Positions 30,424 to 39,389 of a DNA stretch of 60,893 nt are shown in pieces. Both the position numbers and the translations under genes were made by a program. The notes beneath the pieces are model-generated. The model was not told the DNA's origin. It did not search any database and saw nothing but the letters and a program-made list of their open reading frames with translations. Source of the DNA: Candidatus Onthovivens sp. (GTDB taxonomy: Bacteria > Bacillota_I > Bacilli_A > RFN20 > CAG-826). How positions within the stretch are numbered: position 1 is the first letter of the stretch; each line of letters opens with the position of its first letter. Location: NCBI GenBank assembly GCA_036746835.1, contig DAIODM010000004.1:1-60893 (forward strand), written 5' to 3'.

Positions 30424-30650
30424 TTGGTAATTTCAAAAAACAACGAGTTATCAATTATAACTTTTGTTCCTGGATAGAGTTTTTTGCCTCTCTCTTTATG
30501 GTTTTCACCATCAATTAAAATCTCGTGAGCTAAAATATATTCTTTAGCTTCTCCACCATTTTTGATTACACTTTCGAACTTTAAAAGTTGACCTAAAGTA
30601 ATGTAATCGGTAGTAATTGCGACAGGTTTAAACTCTATATTTTTATCCAT
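30420..30650 (-). CDS. yaaA: S4-domain RNA-binding protein YaaA/RlbA
   Basis: YITLGQLLK...GGEAK...RGKKLYPG; ATGA overlap with recF. Confidence 0.93.
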   Translation of the reverse strand: MDKNIEFKPVAITTDYITLGQLLKFESVIKNGGEAKEYILAHEILIDGENHKERGKKLYPGTKVIIDNSLFFEITK

Positions 30651-30656
30651 AAATAA

Positions 30657-30683
30657 CTCCTTTAATATTATATATTAAAGGAG
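30657..30683 (-). promoter_or_regulatory. 12-bp inverted repeat pairing the yaaA Shine-Dalgarno with an upstream anti-SD, centred on a -10 box
   Basis: The - strand reads CTCCTTTAATAT-ATA-ATATTAAAGGAG-ttattt-ATG, with TATAAT at 30672-30667. Confidence 0.6.
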
Positions 30684-30700
30684 CACATTTTTAAAGCAAA

Positions 30701-30727
30701 AATAAAAGGGGGACTATCCCCCTATTA
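30701..30727 (-). terminator. Intrinsic terminator after dnaN
   Basis: GGGGG-n5-CCCCC followed by TTTTATTTT on the - strand. Confidence 0.7.
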
Positions 30728-30746
30728 GTTTAGTAATTTTTACGTT

Positions 30747-31868
30747 CTAATACGTTCTGACTGGAGTAATTATTTGAATTACGTTTTGATCAGCTTTATT
30801 AGTAACAGTAAATGGTTTCATTTCACCGATAAATGAAATTAAAACATCTTCAGATTTAACAGCTCTAATAGCACTAGCAACATAAGCGCTATTAAAACTA
30901 ATTTCTAATCTTTCGCCTTGATACTTAAATAAATTAAGTGATTCAACTGCACTACCAAATTGTTGAGATTTACTAGAAATTTCAACTTTTGAATCACTCA
31001 TCGAAATTTTAACAACATTTTCTCGATCAACACTAAGTAAACTAACACGATCCATCGCGTTAAGGAATTCGCTAGCATTAACTTCAAGGAAATAGAAGAA
31101 TGACTTTGGAATAATGTTTCTAGTATTTGGATATTCGCCACCAATTAATCTAGAAACAATGACACAATCCTTTAAAACAAAAAGAACTTTCTTATCACTA
31201 ACAAAAATATCGATGTCTTCTTCATCAGTGATAGATTTTAAAGTTTCAAGTAAGGTTTTGCATGGAATATTAGCACTAAATCTTTCTTGGATATTAACAC
31301 TTAATTTTCTTAAAGCTAAACGAGCACCATCAGTTGCAGTTAAAGTTAAAATACCAGCTTCACCAGTAAAATTAATAGCAGTTAAGATAGTTTGCGCCTC
31401 TTTAACACTTGCTGCAAATGCAACTTGGTTAACAGCATCAACAAAATCTTGTCGTTTAATTTTTAATTCAGTTCCAGTCTTAGAAAAATCAATATCTTGA
31501 TATTCTTCAGCCCTGATTGAATTTAATTTAAAAACACTCTTATCATTAGCGATTTTTGCAACACTATCATCTAAAAGTTCAAAAGTTACTTCATTACCAT
31601 CAATCTTACGAACAATATCACTAATAATTTTCGCATTAATTAAAATTGATCCTTGACGGACATCACGAATAATTTCTTTATCGTTTCTAAAAAGAGGAAT
31701 TAGTTGTGAAATTGAAATATCTCCATTACTTCCTGTAAGTTGAAGACCATTATTATCTAAAACAAGTTTTACATTTTGAAGGGTTGGTAAAACAGGTTTT
31801 GGATTAATAATTTTACAAACATTAAGAAGACCTTTTGTAAATTCATCTTTGTTAATAGTAAATTTCAT
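30747..31868 (-). CDS. dnaN: DNA polymerase III beta sliding clamp
   Basis: 373 aa; ATDGARL, LIGGEYP, ISFNSAY, IITPVRTY; downstream of dnaA. Confidence 0.96.
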   Translation of the reverse strand: MKFTINKDEFTKGLLNVCKIINPKPVLPTLQNVKLVLDNNGLQLTGSNGDISISQLIPLFRNDKEIIRDVRQGSILINAKIISDIVRKIDGNEVTFELLDDSVAKIANDKSVFKLNSIRAEEYQDIDFSKTGTELKIKRQDFVDAVNQVAFAASVKEAQTILTAINFTGEAGILTLTATDGARLALRKLSVNIQERFSANIPCKTLLETLKSITDEEDIDIFVSDKKVLFVLKDCVIVSRLIGGEYPNTRNIIPKSFFYFLEVNASEFLNAMDRVSLLSVDRENVVKISMSDSKVEISSKSQQFGSAVESLNLFKYQGERLEISFNSAYVASAIRAVKSEDVLISFIGEMKPFTVTNKADQNVIQIITPVRTY

Positions 31869-31897
31869 ATATTATTTCCTTCTTTCTTAAATACTTA

Positions 31898-31947
31898 TAT
31901 TAATAATAATAAGCTCTGTTGATAATGTGGAAAACTTATTTTGATAA
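31898..31947. other. oriC unwinding element: tandem DnaA boxes, GC spacer, DnaA-trios
   Basis: TAA x4 (31901-31912), GCTC, TGTTGATAA (31917-31925) and TGTGGAAAA (31926-31934), matching the architecture of the B. subtilis dnaA-dnaN basal unwinding site. Confidence 0.8.
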
Positions 31948-31976
31948 ATAATTTTAGCATATTAGAGATTCAAATA

Positions 31977-33341
31977 CTACGCACTAATTCGCTTTTTTAA
32001 TTCATCAATAACAGTCTTAGTTTGCTTATCATCTTTTAACATCTCTTCCACCTTTTCTATACTATGCATGATGGTTGTATGATCACGGTTTGAGAAAATC
32101 TCACCAATTTGTTTTAAAGATACATCGAGTAAATTACGAATTAGGTAAATTGAAATGTGACGAGCATTTACAATTTGACCAGTTTTAATTTTTCCAGTAA
32201 TTTGTGAGACGCTTAGATTATAGTAACTAGCAACAACATTTAATATCTTTTGAGCACTAACTTTACTCTTACTATCACCTAAATCAATTAAGGATTGAAG
32301 AGCATCGACTGCAATATCCATTGTAATATGATCTGCATGATTCATATTTGCGTAGAATAAGAGTCTATTTAAAGCTCCTTCAAGGTCACGAATTGAGTTT
32401 TTAAATTTATCAGCAAGTAAGAATAAAACATCATCATTAAACATTGAAATAGATAGACCAGAACCCTCAATTTTCTTTTTTAAGATGTCTTCACACATTT
32501 CAGTAGTTGGCTTTAAAATAGAAATTTGAAGACCACTTGCGAAACGAGTTTGAAGTCTTGGATCAAGTTCTTTTAATTCGCTTGGAGACCTATCACTTGT
32601 TAAGACAAGTTGCTTATTATTTGCTTTCATATGTTCGAAGATATTGAAGAAAAATTCTTCTGTTGATTTCTTATTTTGGAAGAATTGAATATCATCGATA
32701 AGTAAAACATCAAACGATTTAATATAATCTCTAAATTCATCACTATCTCTTTGATTATGAATTGAGTTTTGGTACTCTTCAAAGAAGGCTTGTGATGAGC
32801 AATATAATACCTTTAAAGTAGGATTAGTTTCCTTAATATAATTACCAATTGCGTTTAATAAATGTGTTTTTCCAAGACCGGATTGGCTATATATAAATAA
32901 AGGATTATAGAGCTTGCCTGGAGTTGAAGCGACAATAAGACTTGCTTGAGAAGCTTCTTTATTACTAGGACCAACGACAAAATTATCAAATGTAAAGTTA
33001 GGTGAGATCTCAGAATTTTGAAAAAACTTAGGATGAGTATCAGCAACTATTTCAGTTGGAGTTTGATTCTTTAAATCACTATTATTTACGAAAGTAACTT
33101 CAAAATTTGTTCCAGTTAAATTATCAACTGTTTGAGTAACTAAATCCTCATATTTATCGTGTAAAATTGTAGTAACAAGACTAGAATCACACGCTACAAT
33201 CATTTCTTTTCCATTTATTGAATAGATATAAGTATCTTTAAAGAATACGTCAAAAATTCGACTATCGTTGATTTGTTTAGATAATTCATTTAAGACACGA
33301 TTCCATAAAGAAGCAATTTCACTTAATGTACTTGCATTCAT
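31977..33341 (-). CDS. dnaA: Chromosomal replication initiator DnaA
   Basis: FTFDNFVVG, YNPLFIY, GLGKTHLL, LLIDDIQF, RDLEGAL, RDHTTIMHS. Probable start is ATG 33341. Confidence 0.97.
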   Translation of the reverse strand: MNASTLSEIASLWNRVLNELSKQINDSRIFDVFFKDTYIYSINGKEMIVACDSSLVTTILHDKYEDLVTQTVDNLTGTNFEVTFVNNSDLKNQTPTEIVADTHPKFFQNSEISPNFTFDNFVVGPSNKEASQASLIVASTPGKLYNPLFIYSQSGLGKTHLLNAIGNYIKETNPTLKVLYCSSQAFFEEYQNSIHNQRDSDEFRDYIKSFDVLLIDDIQFFQNKKSTEEFFFNIFEHMKANNKQLVLTSDRSPSELKELDPRLQTRFASGLQISILKPTTEMCEDILKKKIEGSGLSISMFNDDVLFLLADKFKNSIRDLEGALNRLLFYANMNHADHITMDIAVDALQSLIDLGDSKSKVSAQKILNVVASYYNLSVSQITGKIKTGQIVNARHISIYLIRNLLDVSLKQIGEIFSNRDHTTIMHSIEKVEEMLKDDKQTKTVIDELKKRISA

Positions 33342-33373
33342 AATACACACCCCAAAAGTATATATATGATAGC

Positions 33374-33637
33374 ATATCCACAATTTAATTGGTTGTAATT
33401 TTTGTTCAATTTTTAGTTATCCACATTTTAGATGCCAAAAAGCCCTTAAAATAGGCTTATGCACACCTTCCACAAAATGATTATGTGGAAAAATATGTGG
33501 AAAACTTTTATAAACATGTATTTGGTGGATTGTGTTTATCGCTTTCCACCATCTAAACTTTATCCACAAAGAAATTGTATTGATTACTATCAACTTAATA
33601 ATTAGTTTTCGACCATTAAAAATAAGCGTTTTCCACC
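33374..33637. other. oriC DnaA-box cluster (dnaA-rpmH intergenic)
   Basis: Matches to TT(A/T)TNCACA: 33417-25, 33457-65, 33560-68, and reverse 33484-92 and 33496-504. One-mismatch boxes at 33374-82, 33508-16 and 33629-37. Gene orientation diverges here. Confidence 0.92.
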
Positions 33638-33706
33638 CATTTGTTCATAGTAGATTTCTAGTAGGTTTGTCCCCAAATGAGCCTAAAAATAAAAGAAAAA
33701 CATGTT

Positions 33707-33735
33707 TTGACATATATATGTAAAACATATATAAT
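33707..33735 (+). promoter_or_regulatory. Consensus sigma-A promoter of the rpmH operon
   Basis: TTGACA (33707-12), 17-nt spacer, TATAAT (33730-35). Confidence 0.9.
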
Positions 33736-33765
33736 TTACAAGCAAGTTTGTAAAGGAGAACGAAT

Positions 33766-33912
33766 ATGAATAGAAAAGGAACTTACCAACCAAGCAAATT
33801 ACATAAGATGAGAACTCACGGATTCAGAAGTAGAATGTCTACTGAAACTGGTCGTAAGGTTTTAGCCTCTAGACGTAGAAAAGGAAGAAAAGAATTAACA
33901 GTTTCTTTGTAG
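33766..33912 (+). CDS. rpmH: 50S ribosomal protein L34 (absent from ORF track)
   Basis: [48 protein letters not shown] (48 aa), SD AAGGAG. Confidence 0.97.
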   Translation: MNRKGTYQPSKLHKMRTHGFRSRMSTETGRKVLASRRRKGRKELTVSL

Positions 33913-33919
33913 TTTTTTA

Positions 33920-34258
33920 ATGAAAAAAATCAATCGTGTCAAAAAATATCGAGAATTCCACGAGATATTAAATAATCGAGAAACTTGTGAACGAGGTAAT
34001 GTCTTCACAGTTTGTTACAAGAAAAACGATTTTGGATTTGAACGATATGGTCTTCTAGTTACTAAGAAGAATGGAATTGCTGTAATTAGAAACAAAATTA
34101 AACGACAAGTTAGGATGATGGTTGATAAAGCTAGTGATTTTACTCGATCAATCGATGTGATAATTGTTGTTAAACAAAGATATGATACAAAACAATATTT
34201 AGAAAATGAAAAAGAACTAACTTTACTTCTATCTAAAATTAGGAGCAAAAATGAATAA
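33920..34258 (+). CDS. rnpA: Ribonuclease P protein component
   Basis: GLLVTKK...AVIRNKIKRQVR RNR motif; follows rpmH. Confidence 0.93.
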   Translation: MKKINRVKKYREFHEILNNRETCERGNVFTVCYKKNDFGFERYGLLVTKKNGIAVIRNKIKRQVRMMVDKASDFTRSIDVIIVVKQRYDTKQYLENEKELTLLLSKIRSKNE

Positions 34259-36008
34259 TAAAACCAAGAAAATAATCGGTACTGCAGTCGCAATTATGAC
34301 CTTAGGGGTCTTAACCGCCTGTAATTCATTTTGTGATGACCAAGATGCTAGTAGTTATCGATACGGATACGATTCGATAAATACTAGTTTTTTTGATTCA
34401 CGAACTGACGCATTAACCTATTTAAACACATTAGTACCAACAGGTTATGTCAAATTTAGTTTAAATACGATGACTTATGATGAGACTGGTGCAGAAATTA
34501 ATGTTGTAAGCAAGGAAACCTTTAATGGAACCAAACTTTATTACATTCATCCATGCACATTAACTATTAAAGCTTCAACTGCTAAAAGCGATGGTACTTT
34601 TGCTGAAAGTACTGTTATAGTTGGTAAGAATAGCTTTATTAAAACACTTGAATCCACCGCTACTAGTAGCAAGATTAACTTACCTTACAATGCTTATTAT
34701 GAAGAACTTGATAATAAAGCACTTGATAGAATGTTAAGTGTTGCTAAGAGCGAAAACGATAGCGTTTATGGTTCAAAAACAAAAGCTGATTTAACCTTTA
34801 AAGATATATATGGATATAGTTTTACTGATTTTATGAGTTATAAAAAAGAACCAAGCAACAGTGCGTTAATTAAAAAGATGCTTGAAGGCAGTGATGATAA
34901 TATTGGCCGTAACAACTCATTACTTGTTCGTTATGGTTATACTAAATTCTATGATTCACTTACTCCAAACGATCATTACACCTATATTAATAAATGGAAT
35001 GATCAAATTGTTGCAAGTCATGATGCAAGTTTTGGTATGAATACTGATTTCTTCAAACTTTATAAAACAAGTCTTGATCAAAAAGTTGGTACTCTTCAAA
35101 CCTGTATTTCTATTGAAGATGATGGATTATATGGTCATATTTCAAATGATCCATTAAATGAAACTGTTGTTATTAGTAACAAAGCCGAAAATGGTTTCAT
35201 GGCTGGTTGGGGTGCTGCTTTTAGTAAACATGGATTCCTTGAAGGATTACTTGTTTATCCAATCGCTTATGGTGTTGAAGCTTTATCACATAGTTTTGGA
35301 ATGAATGGTTATGGTCAAATTTGGGCTGTTTTAATTGTTACTGTTATTATTCGTTTATTCTTTATGTTAATTACTTTACCAGCAACAATTTCACAACAAA
35401 AGATGACTTATTTACAACCTGAAATTACTAAATTACAACAAAAATATCCAAATTCTCAAACCAATCAATATGAGAAACAAAGATTTGCTCAAGCACAAAT
35501 GGCCTTATATAAAAAGAATAAGATCCATCCATTTATGACTTTTGCTGTTATGATTGTTCAATTCCCATTATTTATTTGTGTTTGGAACGCTTTAACTGGT
35601 AGTGCTTCACTTAGTCGTGATAGCGTCTTAGGTTTATACTTAAGTGATACCATTTGGAACGTTTTATCAAATGTTAGCGGTTGGCCAAACCTTGGTGGTT
35701 GGTGGACTGCACTTGTTTTGATTTTATTAATGTCTGGTGCACAAATTGTTGCAATGCTTTTACCACAATGGCTCAATAAAAAGAGAGTTGATAGCGTTAA
35801 AAAGACTGTTGTAAGTGCTGCAACTGATCAAAATCAAAGTCAAATGAAGATGATGAGTTGGATTATGACTGGTTTCATTATTATCATGGGCTTCACTTTA
35901 CCATCCGCAATGGGTGTTTATTGGTTAGCAGGAGCTCTTTTCCAAATTGCTCAAACCGTCATTACTCAAGTTATTATCGGTAAAACAATTAATAAGAAGG
36001 CTGAATAA
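34251..36008 (+). CDS. yidC: Membrane protein insertase YidC, lipoprotein form with a large extracellular N-domain
   Basis: Lipobox LTAC. C-terminal core TVIIRLFFMLI, LQPEITKLQQKYP, QFPLFI, PSAMGVYW. Confidence 0.92.
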   Translation: MNNKTKKIIGTAVAIMTLGVLTACNSFCDDQDASSYRYGYDSINTSFFDSRTDALTYLNTLVPTGYVKFSLNTMTYDETGAEINVVSKETFNGTKLYYIHPCTLTIKASTAKSDGTFAESTVIVGKNSFIKTLESTATSSKINLPYNAYYEELDNKALDRMLSVAKSENDSVYGSKTKADLTFKDIYGYSFTDFMSYKKEPSNSALIKKMLEGSDDNIGRNNSLLVRYGYTKFYDSLTPNDHYTYINKWNDQIVASHDASFGMNTDFFKLYKTSLDQKVGTLQTCISIEDDGLYGHISNDPLNETVVISNKAENGFMAGWGAAFSKHGFLEGLLVYPIAYGVEALSHSFGMNGYGQIWAVLIVTVIIRLFFMLITLPATISQQKMTYLQPEITKLQQKYPNSQTNQYEKQRFAQAQMALYKKNKIHPFMTFAVMIVQFPLFICVWNALTGSASLSRDSVLGLYLSDTIWNVLSNVSGWPNLGGWWTALVLILLMSGAQIVAMLLPQWLNKKRVDSVKKTVVSAATDQNQSQMKMMSWIMTGFIIIMGFTLPSAMGVYWLAGALFQIAQTVITQVIIGKTINKKAE

Positions 36009-36010
36009 AA

Positions 36011-36703
36011 ATGAAATTATATACTGCAAAAACTCTTGAACTTGCTCTTGATGAAGCAAGCAAAGAGTTAAATATTCCTGTTGAAGATTTACTTTATACT
36101 GTCGAAGAAGAAAAGAAGACTCTCTTCTCAAGAAAAGTTACGATTGGCATTAGCGAAACTAGCGATGTTATTGAGTATGCTGAAACTTATGTAAGGGATG
36201 TTATTCATGCTCTTGGACTTGAAGTTAGTTTAAAAACTGTTTATAGCGACGATATCATTAAAATTTTAATTGAAACCAACCACAATAGTCTTTTAATTGG
36301 ACATAATGGCGATACTTTACAATCCTTAAATGAATTAGCTAAACTCGCTGTTAGTGTAAAATTTAAAAGAAAATTTAGAATTTTACTTGATATTGGTGAT
36401 TATAAAGATAAGAAGTACAGTCGTGTTGTTTATATGGCTAAAAAGACTGCACATGAAGTTCAAAAAACTCATGTTGATGTTAAGCTTGAACCAATGACTC
36501 CAGATGAGAGAAAGAAAGTTCATAACGCTTTATCAACTTTTGGTAATATTAAGACTGAATCAATTGGTGATGGGAAAGATCGTGCGATTGTTGTTAAGTA
36601 TGTCGTTAATAAGAATCCAAATCCAACCACTAACGAACCTGTAGCAGAAGAAGCTTCATCAAACGAAGAAGAGTCCACTACTACCGAAGAATCAAGCAAA
36701 TAG
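36011..36703 (+). CDS. jag: RNA-binding protein Jag/KhpB/EloR (Jag_N, KH, R3H)
   Basis: AKTLELAL, LLIGHNGDTLQSL, LDIGDY, PMTPDERKKVHNAL. Confidence 0.92.
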   Translation: MKLYTAKTLELALDEASKELNIPVEDLLYTVEEEKKTLFSRKVTIGISETSDVIEYAETYVRDVIHALGLEVSLKTVYSDDIIKILIETNHNSLLIGHNGDTLQSLNELAKLAVSVKFKRKFRILLDIGDYKDKKYSRVVYMAKKTAHEVQKTHVDVKLEPMTPDERKKVHNALSTFGNIKTESIGDGKDRAIVVKYVVNKNPNPTTNEPVAEEASSNEEESTTTEESSK

Positions 36704-36740
36704 TTAACTTTCAATATATTAAATAGTGTAGAATAGAATC

Positions 36741-38072
36741 ATGTTTGAAACTATTGTTGCTTTAGCAACCCCACCAATGCGTAGTGCATTAGCAATCGTT
36801 CGTCTTTCAGGAGATGATTGTTTTAAAGTTGTTTCAAAATTCTTTTCAAAAGATTTAAATAATATAACTACGAATGGAATCCATCATGGATTTATTTTAG
36901 ATAACAAAGAAACTGTTGATGAGGTCGTGCTTTTAACATATAAAGCACCACATTCATTTACTGGTGAAGATAGCGTTGAAATTATTACTCATGGGTCGCT
37001 ATTAATTACTAATAAAGTTATCGAATTAGCTTTAAAAAATGGCGCTAAGATGGCTGAAAGAGGCGAATATACTAGTCGTGCCTATATGCATGGAAAAATG
37101 GATCTTGTTCAAGCCGAATCTATTAATGATTTAATTAATGCAGAATCAGAAGAGAGCAAGAAAATTTCGATGATGTCCTTAAAAGGTGAAACTAGCGAAT
37201 TAATTAAGCCACTTAAAACAAGTTTAGGTGATTTATTAAGTTTGATTGAAGTTAATATTAATTATCCTGAATACACCGATATAGAAGAAGCTAACCAAGA
37301 AAAAGTTATTAAAACTTGTAACGAAAACATCACTTATATTGATAAATTAATAAAAAATGGTGAAAAAGGCAAAATTATTAAAGATGGTATTAATGTAGCA
37401 ATTGTTGGTAAACCAAATGTTGGCAAGTCAAGTATATTAAATGCCCTTTTAGGTGAAGAAAAAGCAATTGTTACCAATATAAAAGGTACAACTAGAGATG
37501 TCGTTGAAGGCAAATTTATTCTAAATGGCATCGTGATTAATCTTTATGATACCGCTGGTATTAGAGAAAGCAACGATGTTATCGAAGAAAAAGGAATTAT
37601 TAAGAGTGAAGAGACTCTTAAGAAAGCCGATATTGTTTTAGCTGTTTTTGATTCCACTTCTTTTGATGATGAAGATAAGAGGATCCTTGAACTAATCAAA
37701 GATAAACAAACCATAATTGTTTATAATAAAAAAGATTTAATCAATAAAGAATTAGAAAAGAAAGATGTTTTATATATTAGTGCTTTAAATAAAGATATTG
37801 AGCCTTTAAAGAACAAAATCATTTCTATTTTGGGATTATCAAAAGAAAACTATGATACTCCATCAATTAGCAATTCTCGTGAAATTGGAATATTAGGAAA
37901 TATTAAAGTTTCACTTAATAAAGCATTAGAGGATGCAAAAAATAACGTTCCAATCGATTTAATTAACGTTAGCATTCAAGATGCCTACCTTAAAGTTTTA
38001 TCGATAACTGGAGAAGATCATGATTTTGATATAGCAAACGAGATATTCTCGCGTTTTTGCTTAGGTAAATAA
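36741..38072 (+). CDS. mnmE: tRNA modification GTPase MnmE
   Basis: ETIVALATP, SFTGEDSVE, GKPNVGKSS, GTTRD, DTAGIR, C-terminal FCLGK. Confidence 0.96.
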   Translation: MFETIVALATPPMRSALAIVRLSGDDCFKVVSKFFSKDLNNITTNGIHHGFILDNKETVDEVVLLTYKAPHSFTGEDSVEIITHGSLLITNKVIELALKNGAKMAERGEYTSRAYMHGKMDLVQAESINDLINAESEESKKISMMSLKGETSELIKPLKTSLGDLLSLIEVNINYPEYTDIEEANQEKVIKTCNENITYIDKLIKNGEKGKIIKDGINVAIVGKPNVGKSSILNALLGEEKAIVTNIKGTTRDVVEGKFILNGIVINLYDTAGIRESNDVIEEKGIIKSEETLKKADIVLAVFDSTSFDDEDKRILELIKDKQTIIVYNKKDLINKELEKKDVLYISALNKDIEPLKNKIISILGLSKENYDTPSISNSREIGILGNIKVSLNKALEDAKNNVPIDLINVSIQDAYLKVLSITGEDHDFDIANEIFSRFCLGK

Positions 38073-38074
38073 AG

Positions 38075-38854
38075 ATGATCTTTGATACACACATCCATCT
38101 TAATGATGAGAAGCTAATTAATAATCTAGATGAGTATATAAATAATGCGAATAAATTAGGTATTACTAATTTTCTTTGTGTTGGTTGGGATGTTGAAAGC
38201 AGTAAGAAAGCAATTGAGATAGCCCATAAATATAATGGCGTATATGCTGCGGTTGCAGTAATGCCTACAGAATGGAAGCAATATAATAAAGATACAATAC
38301 CTGAATTAAGAGAATTAGCTAAAGATTCCAAGGTTGTTGCAATAGGCGAAATAGGTCTCGACTATTATTGGGAAAAAACCGACGAAATTAAAGCCATTCA
38401 AAAAGAAATGTTTATTGCTGAAATTAAACTTGCAAACGAACTCAACTTACCTGTCTCTATACACTGTAGAGACGCCTATCAAGATTGTTTAGAAATATTA
38501 AAAAGTTTCCACGTGAAAAGAAAAAGTGTAATGCATTGTTACTCTGGATCGCTTGAAATGGGACGTGAATTTATTAAGAATAATTTTGTGTTAGCGTTCG
38601 GTGGAACACTGACCTATAAAAACAGTTTAAACACCCAAAAAGTTTTTGATAATACTGAAGTGAATAATATAGTGTTTGAAACTGATGCACCATACCTTAC
38701 ACCACAAAAATATAGAGGTCAAACCAATATCCCTCAGTACATCTATGAGACTGTATTATATGCTGCTAATCGAAAGAATATGAATATTGATGATATAGAA
38801 AATATAACTTACGAAACAAGTAGAAAAATCTTTTCACGTGAAAACTATGAGTAA
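38075..38854 (+). CDS. tatD: TatD family nuclease
   Basis: DTHIH, GEIGLDYYW, IHCRDA, MHCYSG, FETDAPYL. Confidence 0.93.
   Translation: MIFDTHIHLNDEKLINNLDEYINNANKLGITNFLCVGWDVESSKKAIEIAHKYNGVYAAVAVMPTEWKQYNKDTIPELRELAKDSKVVAIGEIGLDYYWEKTDEIKAIQKEMFIAEIKLANELNLPVSIHCRDAYQDCLEILKSFHVKRKSVMHCYSGSLEMGREFIKNNFVLAFGGTLTYKNSLNTQKVFDNTEVNNIVFETDAPYLTPQKYRGQTNIPQYIYETVLYAANRKNMNIDDIENITYETSRKIFSRENYE
38505..38520. other. parS-like palindrome 1
   Basis: GTTTCCACGTGAAAAG versus parS consensus TGTTNCACGTGAAACA; core matches, outer bases differ. Confidence 0.4.
38830..38845. other. parS-like palindrome 2
   Basis: CTTTTCACGTGAAAAC, containing the perfect 14-bp palindrome TTTTCACGTGAAAA. Confidence 0.45.
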
Positions 38855-39389
38855 TAAAATTAAAGAGTTGATTGTAGTAGAAGGTAAGTCAGACATAGAC
38901 TTTTTATGTTCATTTTTAGATGCTGATTTATATCAAGTTCATGGTAGTGCAATTTCAAAAGATGATATAGTCTTTTTAAAGAAGGCTAACGATACAAGAG
39001 GCATAATAATCTTAACTGATCCTGATTTTCCAGGTTTAAAAATAAGAAATACCATCTTAAAAGAAATACCTAATTGTAAACAAGCATTTGTCAGAAAAGA
39101 AGTCTCAATTAAACATCATAAAGTTGGTGTTGCGGAGTCTACAAAAGATGAAGTTAAAAATGCACTAAAAAATGTCATTACTTTTAGTGAAAAACCTATC
39201 AATAATTATAAGAGCTCTGATTTATATGATTTAGGTCTTATTGGATCAACCGATTCAATAAGCAAAAGAAAATATTTATGTGAAAAATTAAATATTGGCT
39301 ATTCTAATGGTAAAGAATTATTGTTAAAATTAAACTCACTTACAATTAGTTTAGATGAAATAAAGGAAATTTTGAAAAATGCTAACTAG
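38838..39389 (+). CDS. rnmV: Ribonuclease M5 (5S rRNA maturase, Toprim)
   Basis: IVVEGKSD, ILTDPDFPG, GVAES, LNIGYSNGK. The start could be ATG 38847. Confidence 0.92.
   Translation: MKTMSNKIKELIVVEGKSDIDFLCSFLDADLYQVHGSAISKDDIVFLKKANDTRGIIILTDPDFPGLKIRNTILKEIPNCKQAFVRKEVSIKHHKVGVAESTKDEVKNALKNVITFSEKPINNYKSSDLYDLGLIGSTDSISKRKYLCEKLNIGYSNGKELLLKLNSLTISLDEIKEILKNAN

Noticed and set aside
32869-32895. DnaA Walker A begins with Ser (YSQSGLGKT) rather than Gly
   Set aside because: The GxGKT core and all other motifs are intact; probably tolerated drift.
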